The translations under genes were made by a program, and so were the position numbers. DNA of 64,000 bases from the human T2T-CHM13v2.0 reference genome, Homo sapiens, in the NCBI RefSeq assembly GCF_009914755.1, contig NC_060926.1; one strand, 5' to 3'. Shown one piece after another: positions 16,601-30,429 of the stretch. The first letter of the stretch is position 1. Each line of letters opens with the position of its first letter. The notes under the pieces are model-generated. The model did not search any database and had not been told where the DNA came from. It worked only from the letters and a program-made list of their open reading frames with translations.

Positions 16601-19600
16601 TTCGTCCCTTACCAAATATTCCAGAACAGTGCTGCTGGGTTCTGAGTGTTTGGCCCTCACATTGGTTTCCAGAACACTGCTGTGATTGTCTGAATGTTTG
16701 TCCCTCACAAATTATTCCAGAGTACTGCTGCTGGGTTCTGAGGGTTTGTCTCTCACATAGAATTAAAGAATACTGCTGCTGAGTTCTGAGATTTTGTACC
16801 TCACATATGATTCCAGAACACTGCTATGAGGGTCTGAATATTTGTTCCTCACAGAGCATTCCAGAATGGTGCTATGAGGGTCTGAATGCTTGTCCCTCAC
16901 ATAGGCAGGGTTCTGAGTGTTTGTCCCTCACACAGGACTCCAGAACACTGCTCTGAGAGTCTGAGTGTTTGACCCTCACAAAGGATTCCAGAACACTGCT
17001 GCTGGGTTCTGAGTGTTTGTCCCACACATAGGATTCCAGAACACTGCTGCTGCTTTCTTAGTGTTTGTCTCTCACATAGGATTCCAGAACACTGCTGCGA
17101 GGATCTGAATGTTGTCCCTCACAAAGGATTAGAGAACACTGCTGCTGAGTTCTGAGTGTTTGTCCCTCTCATTGGATTCCAGAACACTGCTGCTAGGTTC
17201 TGAGGGTTTGTCCCTCACATAGGATTCCAGAACACTGCTGCTGGTTTCTTGGGTTTGTCTCTCACATAGGATTGCAGAACACTGCTACGATTATCTGAAT
17301 GTTGTCCCTCACAAAGTATTACAGAGCACTGCTGCTGGGTTCTCTCTGTTTGCCCCTCACATTGGATTACAGAACACTGCTGCTAGGTTTGAGGGTTTGT
17401 CCCTCACATAGGATTCCAAAACACTGTTGCTGGGTTCTGAGTGTTTGTCCCTAACATACGATTCCAGAACACTGCTATGATTGTCTGAATGTTTGTCCCT
17501 CACAAAGTATTCCAGAGCACTCCTCCTGGGTTAAGAGTGTTTGCCCTTCACATAGGATTCCAGAACAGTGCTGCTGGGTTCTAAGTGTTTGTCCCTCACA
17601 TAGGATTCCAGAACACTGCTACGAGGATCTGAATGTTTGTCCCTCACAAATTATTCCAGAGTACTGCTGCTGGGTTCTGAGTGTTTGTCCCTCACATAGG
17701 ATTCCAGAACACTGATACGAAGGTCTGAATGTTTGTCCCTCAGATAGGATTACAGAACACAGCTACGAGGTTCTGAATGATTGTCCCTCACATAGGATTC
17801 CAGAACACAGTGGCTGGGTTCTGAGTGTTTGTCCCTCATATAGGATTTCAGAACACTGCTATGAATTTCTGAATGTTTGTCGCTCACAGAGGATTCTAGA
17901 ACTCTGCGGCTGGGTTGTGTTTTCCCCCCACATAGGATTCCAGAATACTGCTGCTGGGTTCTGAGTGTTTGTCCCTCACATAGGATTCCAGAACTCTCCT
18001 GCTGGGTTCTGTTTGTTTACCCCTCACAAAGGAATCCACAGCACTGTTGCTGGTTTCTGAGTGTTTGTCCCTCACTCAGGATACCAGAACACTGCTACGA
18101 TGGTCTGAATGTTTGTCCGTCACAAAGGATTCATAACACTGCTATGGGTTCTGACTGTTTGTCCCTCACAATGGATTCCAGAAAACTGCTTTGAGAGTCT
18201 CAATGTTTGTCCCTCACAAAGTATTCCAGAGCACTGCTGCGGGGTTCTGTGTGTTTGTCCCTCACATGGGATTCAAAAACACTCCTGCTGGGTTCAGAGT
18301 GTTTTCCCTCACATAAAATTCCAGAACACTACTACAAGGTTCTGAATGTTTGTCCCTCACATAGGATTCCAGAACACTGCTGCTGGGTTTCGAGTGTTTC
18401 TCCCTCACATAGGATTCCAGAACACTGCTGCTCGGTTCTGAGTGTTTGTCCCTCACATAGCATTCCAGAACACAGGTACGAAGTTCTGAATGTTTGTAGC
18501 TCAAGTAGGATTCCAGAACAATGCTGCTGGGTTCTGAATGTTTGACACTCACACAGGATTCCAGAACACTGCTGCTGGGTTCTGAGTGTTTGTCCCTCAC
18601 ATAGGATTCCAGAACACTGCTTCGAGGGTCTGAATGTTTTTCCCTCACAAAGGACTCCAGAACACTGTTGCTGGGTTCTGAGTGTTTGCCCCTCATATAG
18701 GATTCCAGAACAATGCTACGAGTATCTGAATGTTTTTCCCTCACATAGGATTCCAGAACATTGCTACGAGGGTCTGAATGTTTTTCCCTCACAGAGTATT
18801 CCAGAACACTGCTGCTGGGTTCTGAATGTTTGTCCCTCACATAGGATTCCAGAACACTGCAGCTGGGTTCTGAGTGTTTGTCCCTCACTTTGGATTCCAG
18901 AAAACGTCTACGACGGTCTGAATTTTTGTCCATCACAAAGGATTTTAGAACACTGCTGCTGGATCTGAGTGTTTGTCCCTCACACAGGATTCCAGAACAC
19001 TGCTTCGATGGTCTGAATGTTTGTCCCTCACAAAGGATTCTAGAACACTGCTGCTGGTTTCTTAGTGTTTGTCACTCACATAGGATTCCAGAACACTGCT
19101 GCTGGGTTCTGAGTGTTTGTCCTCACATACGATTCCAGAACACTGCTATGAGGTTCTGAATGTTTGTCCCTCACAAAGGATTCCAGAACACTGCTTCTGA
19201 GTTCTGAGTGTTTGTCTGTCAAATAGGATTCCAGAACACTGCTGCTGGGCTCTGTTTGTTTGTCCATCACAAAGGATTCCAGAACACTGCTATAGGTTTC
19301 TGAGTGTTTGTCCCTCACATAGGATTCCAGAACAATTCTACGAGGCTCCGAATGTTTGTCCTTCAGATAGGATTTCAGAACACAGTGGCTGGGTTCTGAG
19401 TGTTTGTCCCTCACATAGGGTATCAGAACACTGCTGCTGGGATCTGAGCGTTTGTCTTTCACAGAGGATTCCAGAACACTGCTGCTTTGTTCTGAGTGTT
19501 TGTCCCTCACATAGGATTCCAGAACACTGCCGCTCGGTACTGAGGGTTTGTCCCTTACATAGAATTCTAGAACACTGCAGCTCATTTCTGAGTGTTTGTC

Positions 19601-20475
19601 CCTCACTTAGGATTCCAGAACAATGCTACGATTGTCTGAATGTTTGTTCCTTACCAAGTATTCCAGAACACTGCTGCTGGGTTCTGAGTGTTTGGCACTC
19701 ACATTGGTTTCCAGAACACTGCTACGAGGGTCTGAAAATCTCGCACATAGGATTCCAGAACACTGCTAAGATGGTCTGAATGTTTTTCCCTCAGAAAGGA
19801 TTCTGGAACCCTGCTACTGGATTCTGTTTGTTTGTCTCTTACAAAGGATTTCAGAGCACTGCTCCTGGTTGCTGAGTGTTTGTCCCTCACAAAGGATTTC
19901 AGAGCACTGCTCCTGGTTGCTGAGTGTTTGTCCCTCACATAGGATTCCAGAACACTTCTACGAGTGTCTGAATGTTTGTCCCTCAGATAGGATTCCAGAA
20001 GACAGTGGATGGGTTCTGGGTGTTTGTCCATCACATAGGATTCCAGAACACTGCTGCTGGGTTCTGAGTGTTTGTCCCTCACATAAGGTTCCAGAACACT
20101 GCTTCTGAGTGTTTGTCCCTCACATAGGATCCCAGAACACTGTTGCTGGGTTCTGAGTATTTGTCCCTCTCATGGGATTCCGGAAACCTGCTGCTGAGTT
20201 CAGAGTGTTTTTCCCTCACATAGGATTCCAGAACACTGCTGCTGGGTTCTGAGTGTTTGTCCCTCACATTGGATTCCAGAACACTGCTGCTGGGTTTTGA
20301 GTGTTTGTCCCTCACATAGAATTCCAGAACACTGCTGCGAAGTTGTGAATGTTTGTCGCTCACACAGGATTCCAGAACACTGCTGCTGGGTTCTGAGATT
20401 TTGTCCCTCACATAGGATTCCGGAACACTGCTATGAGGGTCTGAATGTTTATCCCTTACAAAGGATTACAGAACA
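10640..20475 (+). repeat. CER (D22Z3-type) 48-bp satellite array, about 200 diverged monomers
   Basis: Tandem unit ggattccagaacactgctgctgggttctgagtgtttgtccctcacata repeated throughout, with the alternating ...gctacgagggtctgaatg variant. Confidence 0.95.
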
Positions 20476-20541
20476 GTTCTGGAATCCTATGTGAGGGACA
20501 AACACTCAGAACCCAGCAGTGTTCTGGAATCCTATGTGAGG
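20476..20541 (-). repeat. Inverted CER segment (about 1.4 monomers)
   Basis: gttctggaatcctatgtgagggacaaacactcagaacccagcagtgttctggaatcctatgtgagg is the reverse complement of the CER unit. Confidence 0.95.
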
Positions 20542-20544
20542 TCA

Positions 20545-20730
20545 GTGTGGGGGGATGGGTGAGGGATAGCATTAGGAGATATACCAAATGCTAAATGACG
20601 AGTTAATGGGTGCAGCACACCAACATGGCACATGTATACATATGTAACAAACCTGCACATTTTGCACATGTACCCTAAAACTTAAAGTATAATAATAAAT
20701 TTTAAAAATTAAATAAAAAAATTAAAAAAA
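20545..20730 (+). mobile_element. 5'-truncated L1PA 3' end with A-rich tail
   Basis: gggatagcattaggagatatacc...gcacatgtaccctaaaacttaaagtataataata followed by an A-rich tail. Confidence 0.95.
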
Positions 20731-21044
20731 GAATTAGCATAGTTTTATGTAGTCTTCAGTAGACAACATTCATCCATGCAAATTAAACAGTATTTTCTAC
20801 AATCATGTGAATATAAGGCCACACTATTTACTATGAATAAATCCCTTAAATAGTAATTTTAATATCGTTATTTATTCTTTTGAAATATAAAGTATTATAA
20901 CTGAGTTAAGGTTACAGATAATTTAAAAAATGTATGCCATTACTAGTATATTAAGATTATTTATACTTAGATATTTATATCTAATATCCAAAGAAAATTT
21001 ACTATCTAATTGTTACAGTAGATATTAATCTGACATGCTTATTA

Positions 21045-21379
<335 letters not shown>

Positions 21380-21384
21380 GATAG

Positions 21385-21712
<328 letters not shown>

Positions 21713-22627
21713 CACAGTCTATTCTTATGTTTTACTATATTTGGAATGCCACTCTTACAGAACAAATCAATGCAAGTGATGTGACTACCCAAAAATCATG
21801 AATCATAATAGTCTTCAGTTAGATATGTTGCAATCTCAGATATAGTTCTACTATGTAAACAGAGTCAAATTCCAATTCTTTATCAAAAAGTGCTGGTGAA
21901 GGTTGCCTGATGTGTTCCAGTGTAGATCCTCAATCCAATGGCCAGCAGATGAGAGAGCAGCAGAGATGGAAGAAAAATCTTAAGAAATTCTGCTGAGAAT
22001 ATGCCCCCTTTCTTCATAACACTGTGTTTCTTGTGTTGAGAGTGGCTGTGCATTTTGGGTGTTTAGAGAGAAACTGTCTCAGGGGAGTATTTTCTGGTCG
22101 ACTTGGCTAATATTATATGTAATCTGAATTTTTCTTTCAGTTACTTTTAACCTCTTAATACAATTTTATTCAGACTGAGAGCTGTTTTTCTCTTCAATGC
22201 GTTTGGTGTCTGTCTTCAGAAGGGATACCCAGAAGTGTCTCATGGTGTTTCTGAGTGAGCTGGGCTGTCACAATGAGAACTCTTTGGCACTCTATCCAGA
22301 CCCATGCTGGGAATCCAGCAGTATTTTTTTGTCACCATTATAAATAGAAACGTAGCTGAAATATTGCTCCCATTTCCATTATTGCAAAAGTGCAATCCTA
22401 CCCAGGAGTCCTGCAGGTTCTCCTCCTGCAGTTCAGGGACCCTGCTCCATAATGTGACACTGGAGTGCAGCTGTGGTGGTTGGAGTCCATGTGGAATGTG
22501 GGCTGCCAGCTGTGTGCTGTGAGGTGTGCCTCAGTGGTAGATGGTAGGGGAAGAGATGGGACACAGGCCACCAGGACAGGGCAAGCAGGATTATTGCAGC
22601 CCGTGGCCTAGGGAGTAGGGACCCTTT

Positions 22628-23060
22628 GCTTAGAAATGTAAATAGCCAAAAAATAGTATCCTATTTCACAGTGTCTGTAAAAGAACCAGAGCCTACTTTC
22701 AGCAGGCACCTGGCTGTAAGTTGCAAAACTACCTCCTATCATGAAGATGTCAGAAGTTTATTTTTCCTTTCAATATAACCAATTAACATACACAGATGGC
22801 CTCCCCAATTACCAGGTGAACTTAGGATAAACTGTGTATGACAAATGGTGCTGTCAAGTCTTCTACTTGAGGACTAATTATAGAGACCTTTCTGTCTTTG
22901 CAATCTCTTGAGCAGATTGTGATTCTTGTCACATCACATTCTGGTTTTATTGTGCAATAAAACACCTTTCTTTCTGTTCTGTTATTGTGGGGTTTTTCTA
23001 GGATTGGAGATAATTTTCCTTTTAATTATATTTCTCAAGCCCTGTTCACAATTACCAGAC
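22628..23060 (+). mobile_element. ERV1 solo LTR (MER92/MER57-like)
   Basis: tg...ca bounded segment of ~430 bp with aataaa near its 3' end; family assignment tentative. Confidence 0.55.
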
Positions 23061-23518
23061 ATTGTATATATGTATAAATTGCCCACCAAGCTTCATTTTA
23101 GAGAAGGCTTTCCCCCTCAGGCTTCCAGTCAACTCAGTCAGTTGTGCTTCAAAGTGCACACTGCCCCCAGAGTATGCAGGCAGACTTGTGTCTCTGCCTG
23201 TTTCACATCTATAGTCCTCTACAACCACTCGTAGAGAGGTTAAGCCTTTCTACAAGTGGTTGACAAAATTCACAGGACAGTAATCAGCCATTTCACCTCT
23301 TTCAGTGACCATAGTGTCTTCAGGCCTGAAACTGAGTTAGAGACTATTAGGCCCAGAAGAACAATTAGGGTGACATGTGTGCACTGAGTAAACATGAGTA
23401 TCTCAAAGTTCCTCTTTCTCCTCCTCCCCAAATTCCCATAAATGTGCAGTTAACACCTGCCATTTCTCCATCCATCCAGGACCTAAATCTACAATACCAA
23501 ATTCTGAATCTCGGTCTT

Positions 23519-23984
23519 GAGATTAGAGGAAAAAGAATAACTTTGATCTGAGGATTGCAAGTCCTTTTAGTTTTATCAGGCTCGGAGAGACATAAAAATG
23601 AGAACATAATTATGTTCTACTGCCTCCTTTGAGCTACATGTTTACCTCTTGAAACTGTTTGCTATTCCTACAAGTAGATATAAATTAACCTAATAATGCC
23701 ACACTAGATGTTATAAGCAATACCTCACAGCTTAAAAACATATAGCCAATTAGTCATCAATGTTATCTTTGTAGATCGAGAAGAATTTCTGACAAACAAC
23801 TTTGTTTCAGTCCACTCCCTGTCCCTCTCTTTTGCCTTGTAAATCCACTTGTAACTGCTGCTAATTAAAGTGTACATTCAAGGCAACTTAAATCTATGCT
23901 CCCAGATTTCAATCCTCAGGCTTGGCCCAAATAAACTCTCTACTTAAATGAGTGTTGTCTTAACCTTTTCTTTTTAGGTTGACA
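23519..23984 (+). mobile_element. Solo LTR (LTR47-like)
   Basis: aataactttgatctgagga... to ...ttggcccaaataaactctctactta...ttttaggttgaca. Confidence 0.7.
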
Positions 23985-25682
23985 TATCATGTCCTAGAGC
24001 AGACTTTATGATGGGAACTTTTTTTTTTTTTTTTACTCTCCTTGCTGTAACACCAAAGAATGAAGAGTCAGGTTGATCTTACCTGTAATCTGTACATAAG
24101 AGCTGAGCTCTCCTGGGATTCACAGCAGAGAGCCAGATTTTGGATTGAGAATGTACAGAAAACCCATAGGAGACATTTTCTGATCTGTGAGATGTCAGCA
24201 TAGAAATCTTAAAGCCCTCCTTTCAGAGTGTATCCCTTTGAGCTTTCCAGATCTTTTCCAGTGACCTGCTATGTTTATGTGAGAGGCTGCTGGTGTAAAT
24301 AGAATCTGGTTGCACAATCTGTAAGTGTAAACATGCATGTCAGCAGGGAGAGATCAAAGCCACAAAATACCCAGAGAAATGACATAAGTTTACTTATTTG
24401 TAAAATGTGATACTGGAGTAGAGTATTCTTGTCCTTTCTCTTACCTAAGACCTAGCTAATCAGAACAGGTGATATCACACATAGATCCAGGTTCTGGAGC
24501 TGTACCAGGGCAGTTCCATTTTCTATGTAGAATCAGCTTGAGTCTTTCCTACCTGGATCAACATGTGGTCATCAGTCCATGGTCACTAGGAATCCTCTCA
24601 CAATCACCCGGGAATCTTTAAGACATTTCAGGATGTCCTGTACACACTTGGGTCAGGCTGGCAGGAGTGTCTAATTCTGCTTCCATGTTAGAGGAAGGGA
24701 AATGAGTCATTCAGTGTCTGTTCCTTCTTTTGTAGAAATAATCTCCTTGGTTGGTACCTGGACGAGAGTTTCTCCAGTTTCCTTGGCAAAAAATTCAGGA
24801 GTTCTGGAGACTCAGACTGATAAACAAATTGCCTCCATTTCATATGGCCTTTAGAAAAATAGATGAAGCAGTCATGGTCCCTGTCACTCAAAAACTTTCA
24901 GTCTAGAGCAACTGGATAAATAGTTTAATTAAGCATCATATAGTCAATACAATAAAGTGGGAGTGTTAAGGGGACTTGGGCAATGGCTCTGATGTTGTTG
25001 TGACTTCTGATGTCACCACCTGAAGAGCTATTCTCAAACGGGAGAGTTATTTGTATTTCTATTGCTTTTACCTTGCTAAGAATACATATTTTCTAATAAA
25101 ATTATCCTAGAAAGCCCTAAAAATTTTGGTTAAATTGCTTGTTATTATACATTATAAAATAGGGTAGTGGCTAAATGGATTAAAATTATACAAACTCTTA
25201 AGTTTCTCTTGGACAGGCTTAGGAAAGACAGAACAAGTACTCCAGCAGTATAGAGATCATAATTCAACATAGGACAGTTTCTCCACCCCAGCTCTGTCCA
25301 GATTCACCCTTTTCTGAGACTCATTCAGGTCTGGTCCCACCCTGGAGTCTCTCCTCACAGAACTCATTAGAGGAGACCAGAGATTTGGGAGGTGGCTCCT
25401 GCTGCCTCTCCAGAGCTTATGCTCACAATATTCTGAAACCCAAAAGCAGATAAATTAGAGCAATAAACTATATATTTTGAGGTCTTAACTTCTTTCTTTC
25501 TAATTAAAACCAGTGCTTGTAGAGACATTCTATCCCAGTAGTTACTCCAAAAGTCACAAGAAAGTAAATAGAAACACACTAAAAAATCCCTCTAAACTAC
25601 ACTTAACCCTTTCCTTTCTGTATCCCTCCCATCTGTCTATATTTATCTCTTATGCTATACATTTTTTAAAAAATCAGTGAGA

Positions 25683-25982
25683 GGCCGGACTCTGTGGCTC
25701 ATGCCCATAATACTAGCAATTTGGGAGGTCGAGGTGTGTGGATCACTTGAGGTCGGGAGTTTGAGATCAGCCTGACCAATATGGAGAAACCCCGTCTCTA
25801 CTAAAAATACAAACTTAGCTCAGTGTCGTGGTGCATGCCTGTAATCCCAACTACTCGGGAGGCTGAGGCAGGAGAATCATTTGAACCCAGGAAGCGGAGG
25901 TTGTGGTGAGCTGAGATCGTGCCATTCCACTTCCAGCCTGGGCAACATGAGTGAAACTCTGTCCCCCCCCCCCCCAAAAAAA
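25683..25982 (+). mobile_element. Alu (Sp-like) with a C-run before the A tail
   Basis: Dimeric Alu flanked by degenerate aaaaaatca direct repeats. Confidence 0.92.
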
Positions 25983-27383
25983 TCAATAAGAGATAAACAG
26001 GGAAGAAAACAATGCTGGCCCCTTCATCTAAATTCTGAGAATTATTGAACACTTAGTGCCCAACTCTCAAGCTGTTTTGAAGATTAAATCACATAATGTG
26101 ATGTTCCCAGCACAGTGCTCTGTAACACACTCCTGAGCACATAGTACCTGCTTAATAAGCATTGCATAAGTATATGTGTACATGTTGCTTTTCAGTGCAG
26201 ACTTACTCAGACATTGTTGCCTTCTCCTGTCTCTGTAAACTTTAAAGAGCTAGCAAAGAATGTGGTTTTTCAGGATAGAGATTGATTGTTTATTTGATCA
26301 GAAGTATTTGTGTTGTGATGAGTGATGAGTGTGAGAGTCTGTTCCATGCCTGCTTTTTCTAGCTAAATGCTACTAATGATGGGTCTGGGGAAGCTACATC
26401 AGCATTGACAGGAGATGTGTTTAAAATGCACTTTCATGGATGCTTTTAAAACCTGCAGAATCACATTACATAGTGTGGGGCCAGGGTTACCAAATGATTT
26501 ATATGCACATTGAAGTTTGAGAGGCAATGCTTAGCTAAGTGGTTCTTGGCCCAGGCTTCTAATTAAGATTCCATGGCCAGGTTGCAGAAATCTTTTCACT
26601 TGTGCCCTTCCCGCAGGCTCTGTATATTGTTCTGGGTGGAAGCATCCTTGTTGATATAATTAAGTGCCTCATGTGACTCCAGGTTGAGGCCAGGGTCAAC
26701 CACGAGGAATTCAAAATACATTCATGAGAGTTGAGTTCAAACTTTATTCCAAAGGGAGGTCACAGGGTCTCCTATGGTTGGATTTGGTAGGTACAAGTTA
26801 GTGTGGCCCATATCCCCATTGCTGTAGCAGAAATTGTGGCGTCTGTGGCAGGAAAAGAGAAAGATAAATTTTGAACTTTGTGGAGGAGCTCACTGTCCTT
26901 GAATCTCACCTGTTATAAAGAACATAAATGGGTGGACATTTTCTGCATGCCTGGATCTTTCTACCTGTGTTTGTGGTGGTAGCAGGTGAAGAGATTGTGC
27001 TGATTCCTTTAAAGGCATATTCCCAAGATGCAGGTGTGACTTGTCCAGAAAATATCACCTGAGAAGAAATCCTAGAGAAGGATGATGAAGAGAAAAATGG
27101 CTTTTTCTCAGGTGACTGTGTCTCAGATTAGGAGCAGTGTTCACTCTGCCTCCTGGAATGCCATATGTTTAGAACTTACAAACCTGTACTTCTTGACTTT
27201 ATGCTGTTTCTCCCTATAAATTTGTTTAAACATTTTTTCTTCTCATGATAGTCAAGCAACTCTGAAATATATTATTTTCTATATACTAGAGTCTTCTCGA
27301 CATTCTCTTCATCTTGGCTTCTTCTCTGCCGTGCGGAATTCTCATCATTAATTATGACTCGTAATATTAAAAATATTCCCTTT

Positions 27384-27697
27384 GGCTGGGCGCGGTGGCT
27401 CATGCCTATTATCCCAGCACTTTGAGAGGCCGATGTGGGTGGATGACCTGAGGTCAGGAGTTCGAGACCAGCCTGGCCAACATGGTGAAACCCTGTCACT
27501 ACTAAAAATACAAAAAATAGCTGGGCATGGTGGCGGGTGCCTGTAATCCCAGCTACTTGGGAGGCTGAGGCAAGAGAATCACTTGAACCCAGGAGGTGGA
27601 GGTTCTGGAGGTTGCAGTGAGCCTACATCGTGCTACTGCACTCCAGCCTGGGCAACAGAGGGAGACTCCATCTCCAAAGAAAAAAAAAAAAGAAAAA
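27384..27697 (+). mobile_element. Alu (Sx-like)
   Basis: Dimeric Alu; degenerate target-site duplication aaaatattccctttg / aaaataccctttg. Confidence 0.93.
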
Positions 27698-28614
27698 TAC
27701 CCTTTGTTGCTGGTGCTGGTGCACATGGGAAGGTATGGATACACAAGATTCCTACTGGGGAAGAGGTGGGGTTCTTAGATATTCATGAAAAAGGGGAATA
27801 TGTAATGTTGAAGTTCTGTCTGTGTGCTCCATCAACTCCATGTGGAACAGTATTAAAATATGCACATTTGAACAGGATGGTATTTATTACCCAGAATAAT
27901 TCAGAAAGTTTTGAAAAAAATAATTAGAAGATACTCGCTTTCTAGAATGCTGAAGAAAGTCTGCGTAAATACTTTAATAGAGATTACACAACATGAGCAA
28001 TTACTGTAGTTCGCATTTTGCATAAAACTTGTTTCTTTATGATTAGATTTGAATTATAATTTGCTTCTTTGGCGGGGGCCAGTATCACAGCAGTGATATT
28101 GTGTCCTTCTGTGAGCATCAGCGCATGATGAAAATTTGTTCTGTTATAATTGGTGTTAATTTGATTCGTTTAGTTAAATAGTTCTCTGAGAATTTTTTTC
28201 CACTGTAGAGTTATTTTTCTCTTCATTATTGAGTACCTTGGGGACATTTACCAGCTGATGTGAATAAAGCATCCCATGTAATCTGGAAGTTCTCTTTTCT
28301 TCTTAGATTGTCTTTGCATATGTCTTTCTTTAAAAAGTGAAGTCTCTCATCTTTGTTTACTGGTCATAAAAACCCAGGCTCTGTCAGTTAATGAATGTTT
28401 GACAAAATATTTATCTTGGGCCAGAAAGATTGGTGTCACTTGTGAGCTTGTTAGAAATTCAGAAACTCAGGTTTTACCTCAGGTTTCTTGAAACAAAATC
28501 TGCATAAAAAGATCTCCAGTTTATTGTTGTACACATTAAAATTTGAGAGGTACTTTATAACTAAGCCTGACTTTTTAATCTGAGAAATATACAGAACTTA
28601 TACTGTATGATTAA

Positions 28615-29112
<498 letters not shown>

Positions 29113-29535
29113 TGAGTGAATTTCAGATCCCTGTTTTCAAGACAATCTTGCGGATTTTTTGGTGTGGAAAATAAATTCTTTAGGTTGTTTCATTTTGACC
29201 TGAATTTTCCCCTTTCCTGAGTTTATCTATATTATTCACTCTAGATAAGTGGTAATTTCAGAAATTTAGTGACATAAAATAATGTTGTCCACACCTTAAA
29301 ATTCAATTGCCACCATCAATTTTTGATTCAGTAATACTGGGGAGTGAAACAGAGGACCCTCATATTTAATGTACTTTCTGAATACACTAAAGGTTCTGTC
29401 AGTAAAAAGTATTTTGGAATTAATTTTCTAGAATCTTCTATTATGACCTCTTTTCTCTACTTAGCACAGTATTAGGTTGGTAAATGGAGAATCCCAGGAA
29501 AAGTCATGCTCATGCTGCTTTTTAAAATAAAACAG

Positions 29536-29610
29536 GTATTGTCTTCTCTAAGCCAGACCTGGTCACCTGTCTGGAGCAAAGGAAAAAGCCATGGAGTATG
29601 AAGCACCCAG
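29536..29610 (+). pseudogene. KRAB-B exon (75 bp)
   Basis: aaacag|(G)IVFSKPDLVTCLEQRKKPWSMKHP|gtaggt. Confidence 0.92.
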
Positions 29611-30429
29611 GTAGGTGAAAGCGAATGAAGAAGAGGATGACATAGATGAGGCATCCAAAGGCCAAGAGGAACCCGGACTTTAACATGTAATTTGGGAAGC
29701 TGTGCTCCAGTGGAAATCCTTTCTGAGAAGCCTGGGTTTTTTCACTTGTTCTCACATAGGGGCATCCTCTGTCCCATGCTCTCTAACGACTCTACATTTT
29801 CTTCAATAATTTTTCTTCAGATTTGCAGTGAGAGCCAAAGTTCTCTTTATGGCTTATAAAACAGTGCACAATCTAACTACTTTTATTGCTTTTGGGGATA
29901 TACAAATAGCTGCATATGTTTTAGAAACCCTGTGTTTAACCATTTTTAAGTTCTCTTTCTGCATTGTGTCTGAAATATGTAAAAGTAGTGATATTGAGAT
30001 TTGGTTCAGAAATCCCAGAAATACAACACACATATGTTGTATGTTTTCTGCTTTATAGTTTCTTATTTTATGGAGGTTTCAAATGTGTTTCTACAGAAAT
30101 TCATACTCGGTAATTTAATCAGAATATTAAGTATCTCTTTAAGAATATCTAATGTTATTTGAATTGAAATTTTTATTCTTTTAGTACTAACTGAGGTTGG
30201 TAATTTCAATTCTGTCTTAATTTCTCAACTGTAATATAACGTAGATATTTCCTACATTTCTACAATTCACTATGTCAGGGAACTTAGAACATAACTGAGC
30301 ATACGTTAAGCTCCCACTTCTTTCCTTGTTTTTTAAATTACTATTTTGTAATTTTATCTTGCTCAGGATAAAGTTTACCAGAACTGTAATTTATATGTGT
30401 GTATATATATGTAGGTGTGTATTGTGGAT

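Noticed and set aside
10640-20475. CRISPR-like regular repeat array
   Set aside because: There are no unique spacers, the whole unit is repeated, and the context is primate DNA with no cas genes
10711-20494. Many ORFs encoding 16-aa repeats (RDKHSEPSSSVLESYV; HRIPEHCCWVLSVCPS)
   Set aside because: The 48-bp unit is a multiple of three and stop-free in some frames; the ORFs break at random, so these are satellite translation artefacts
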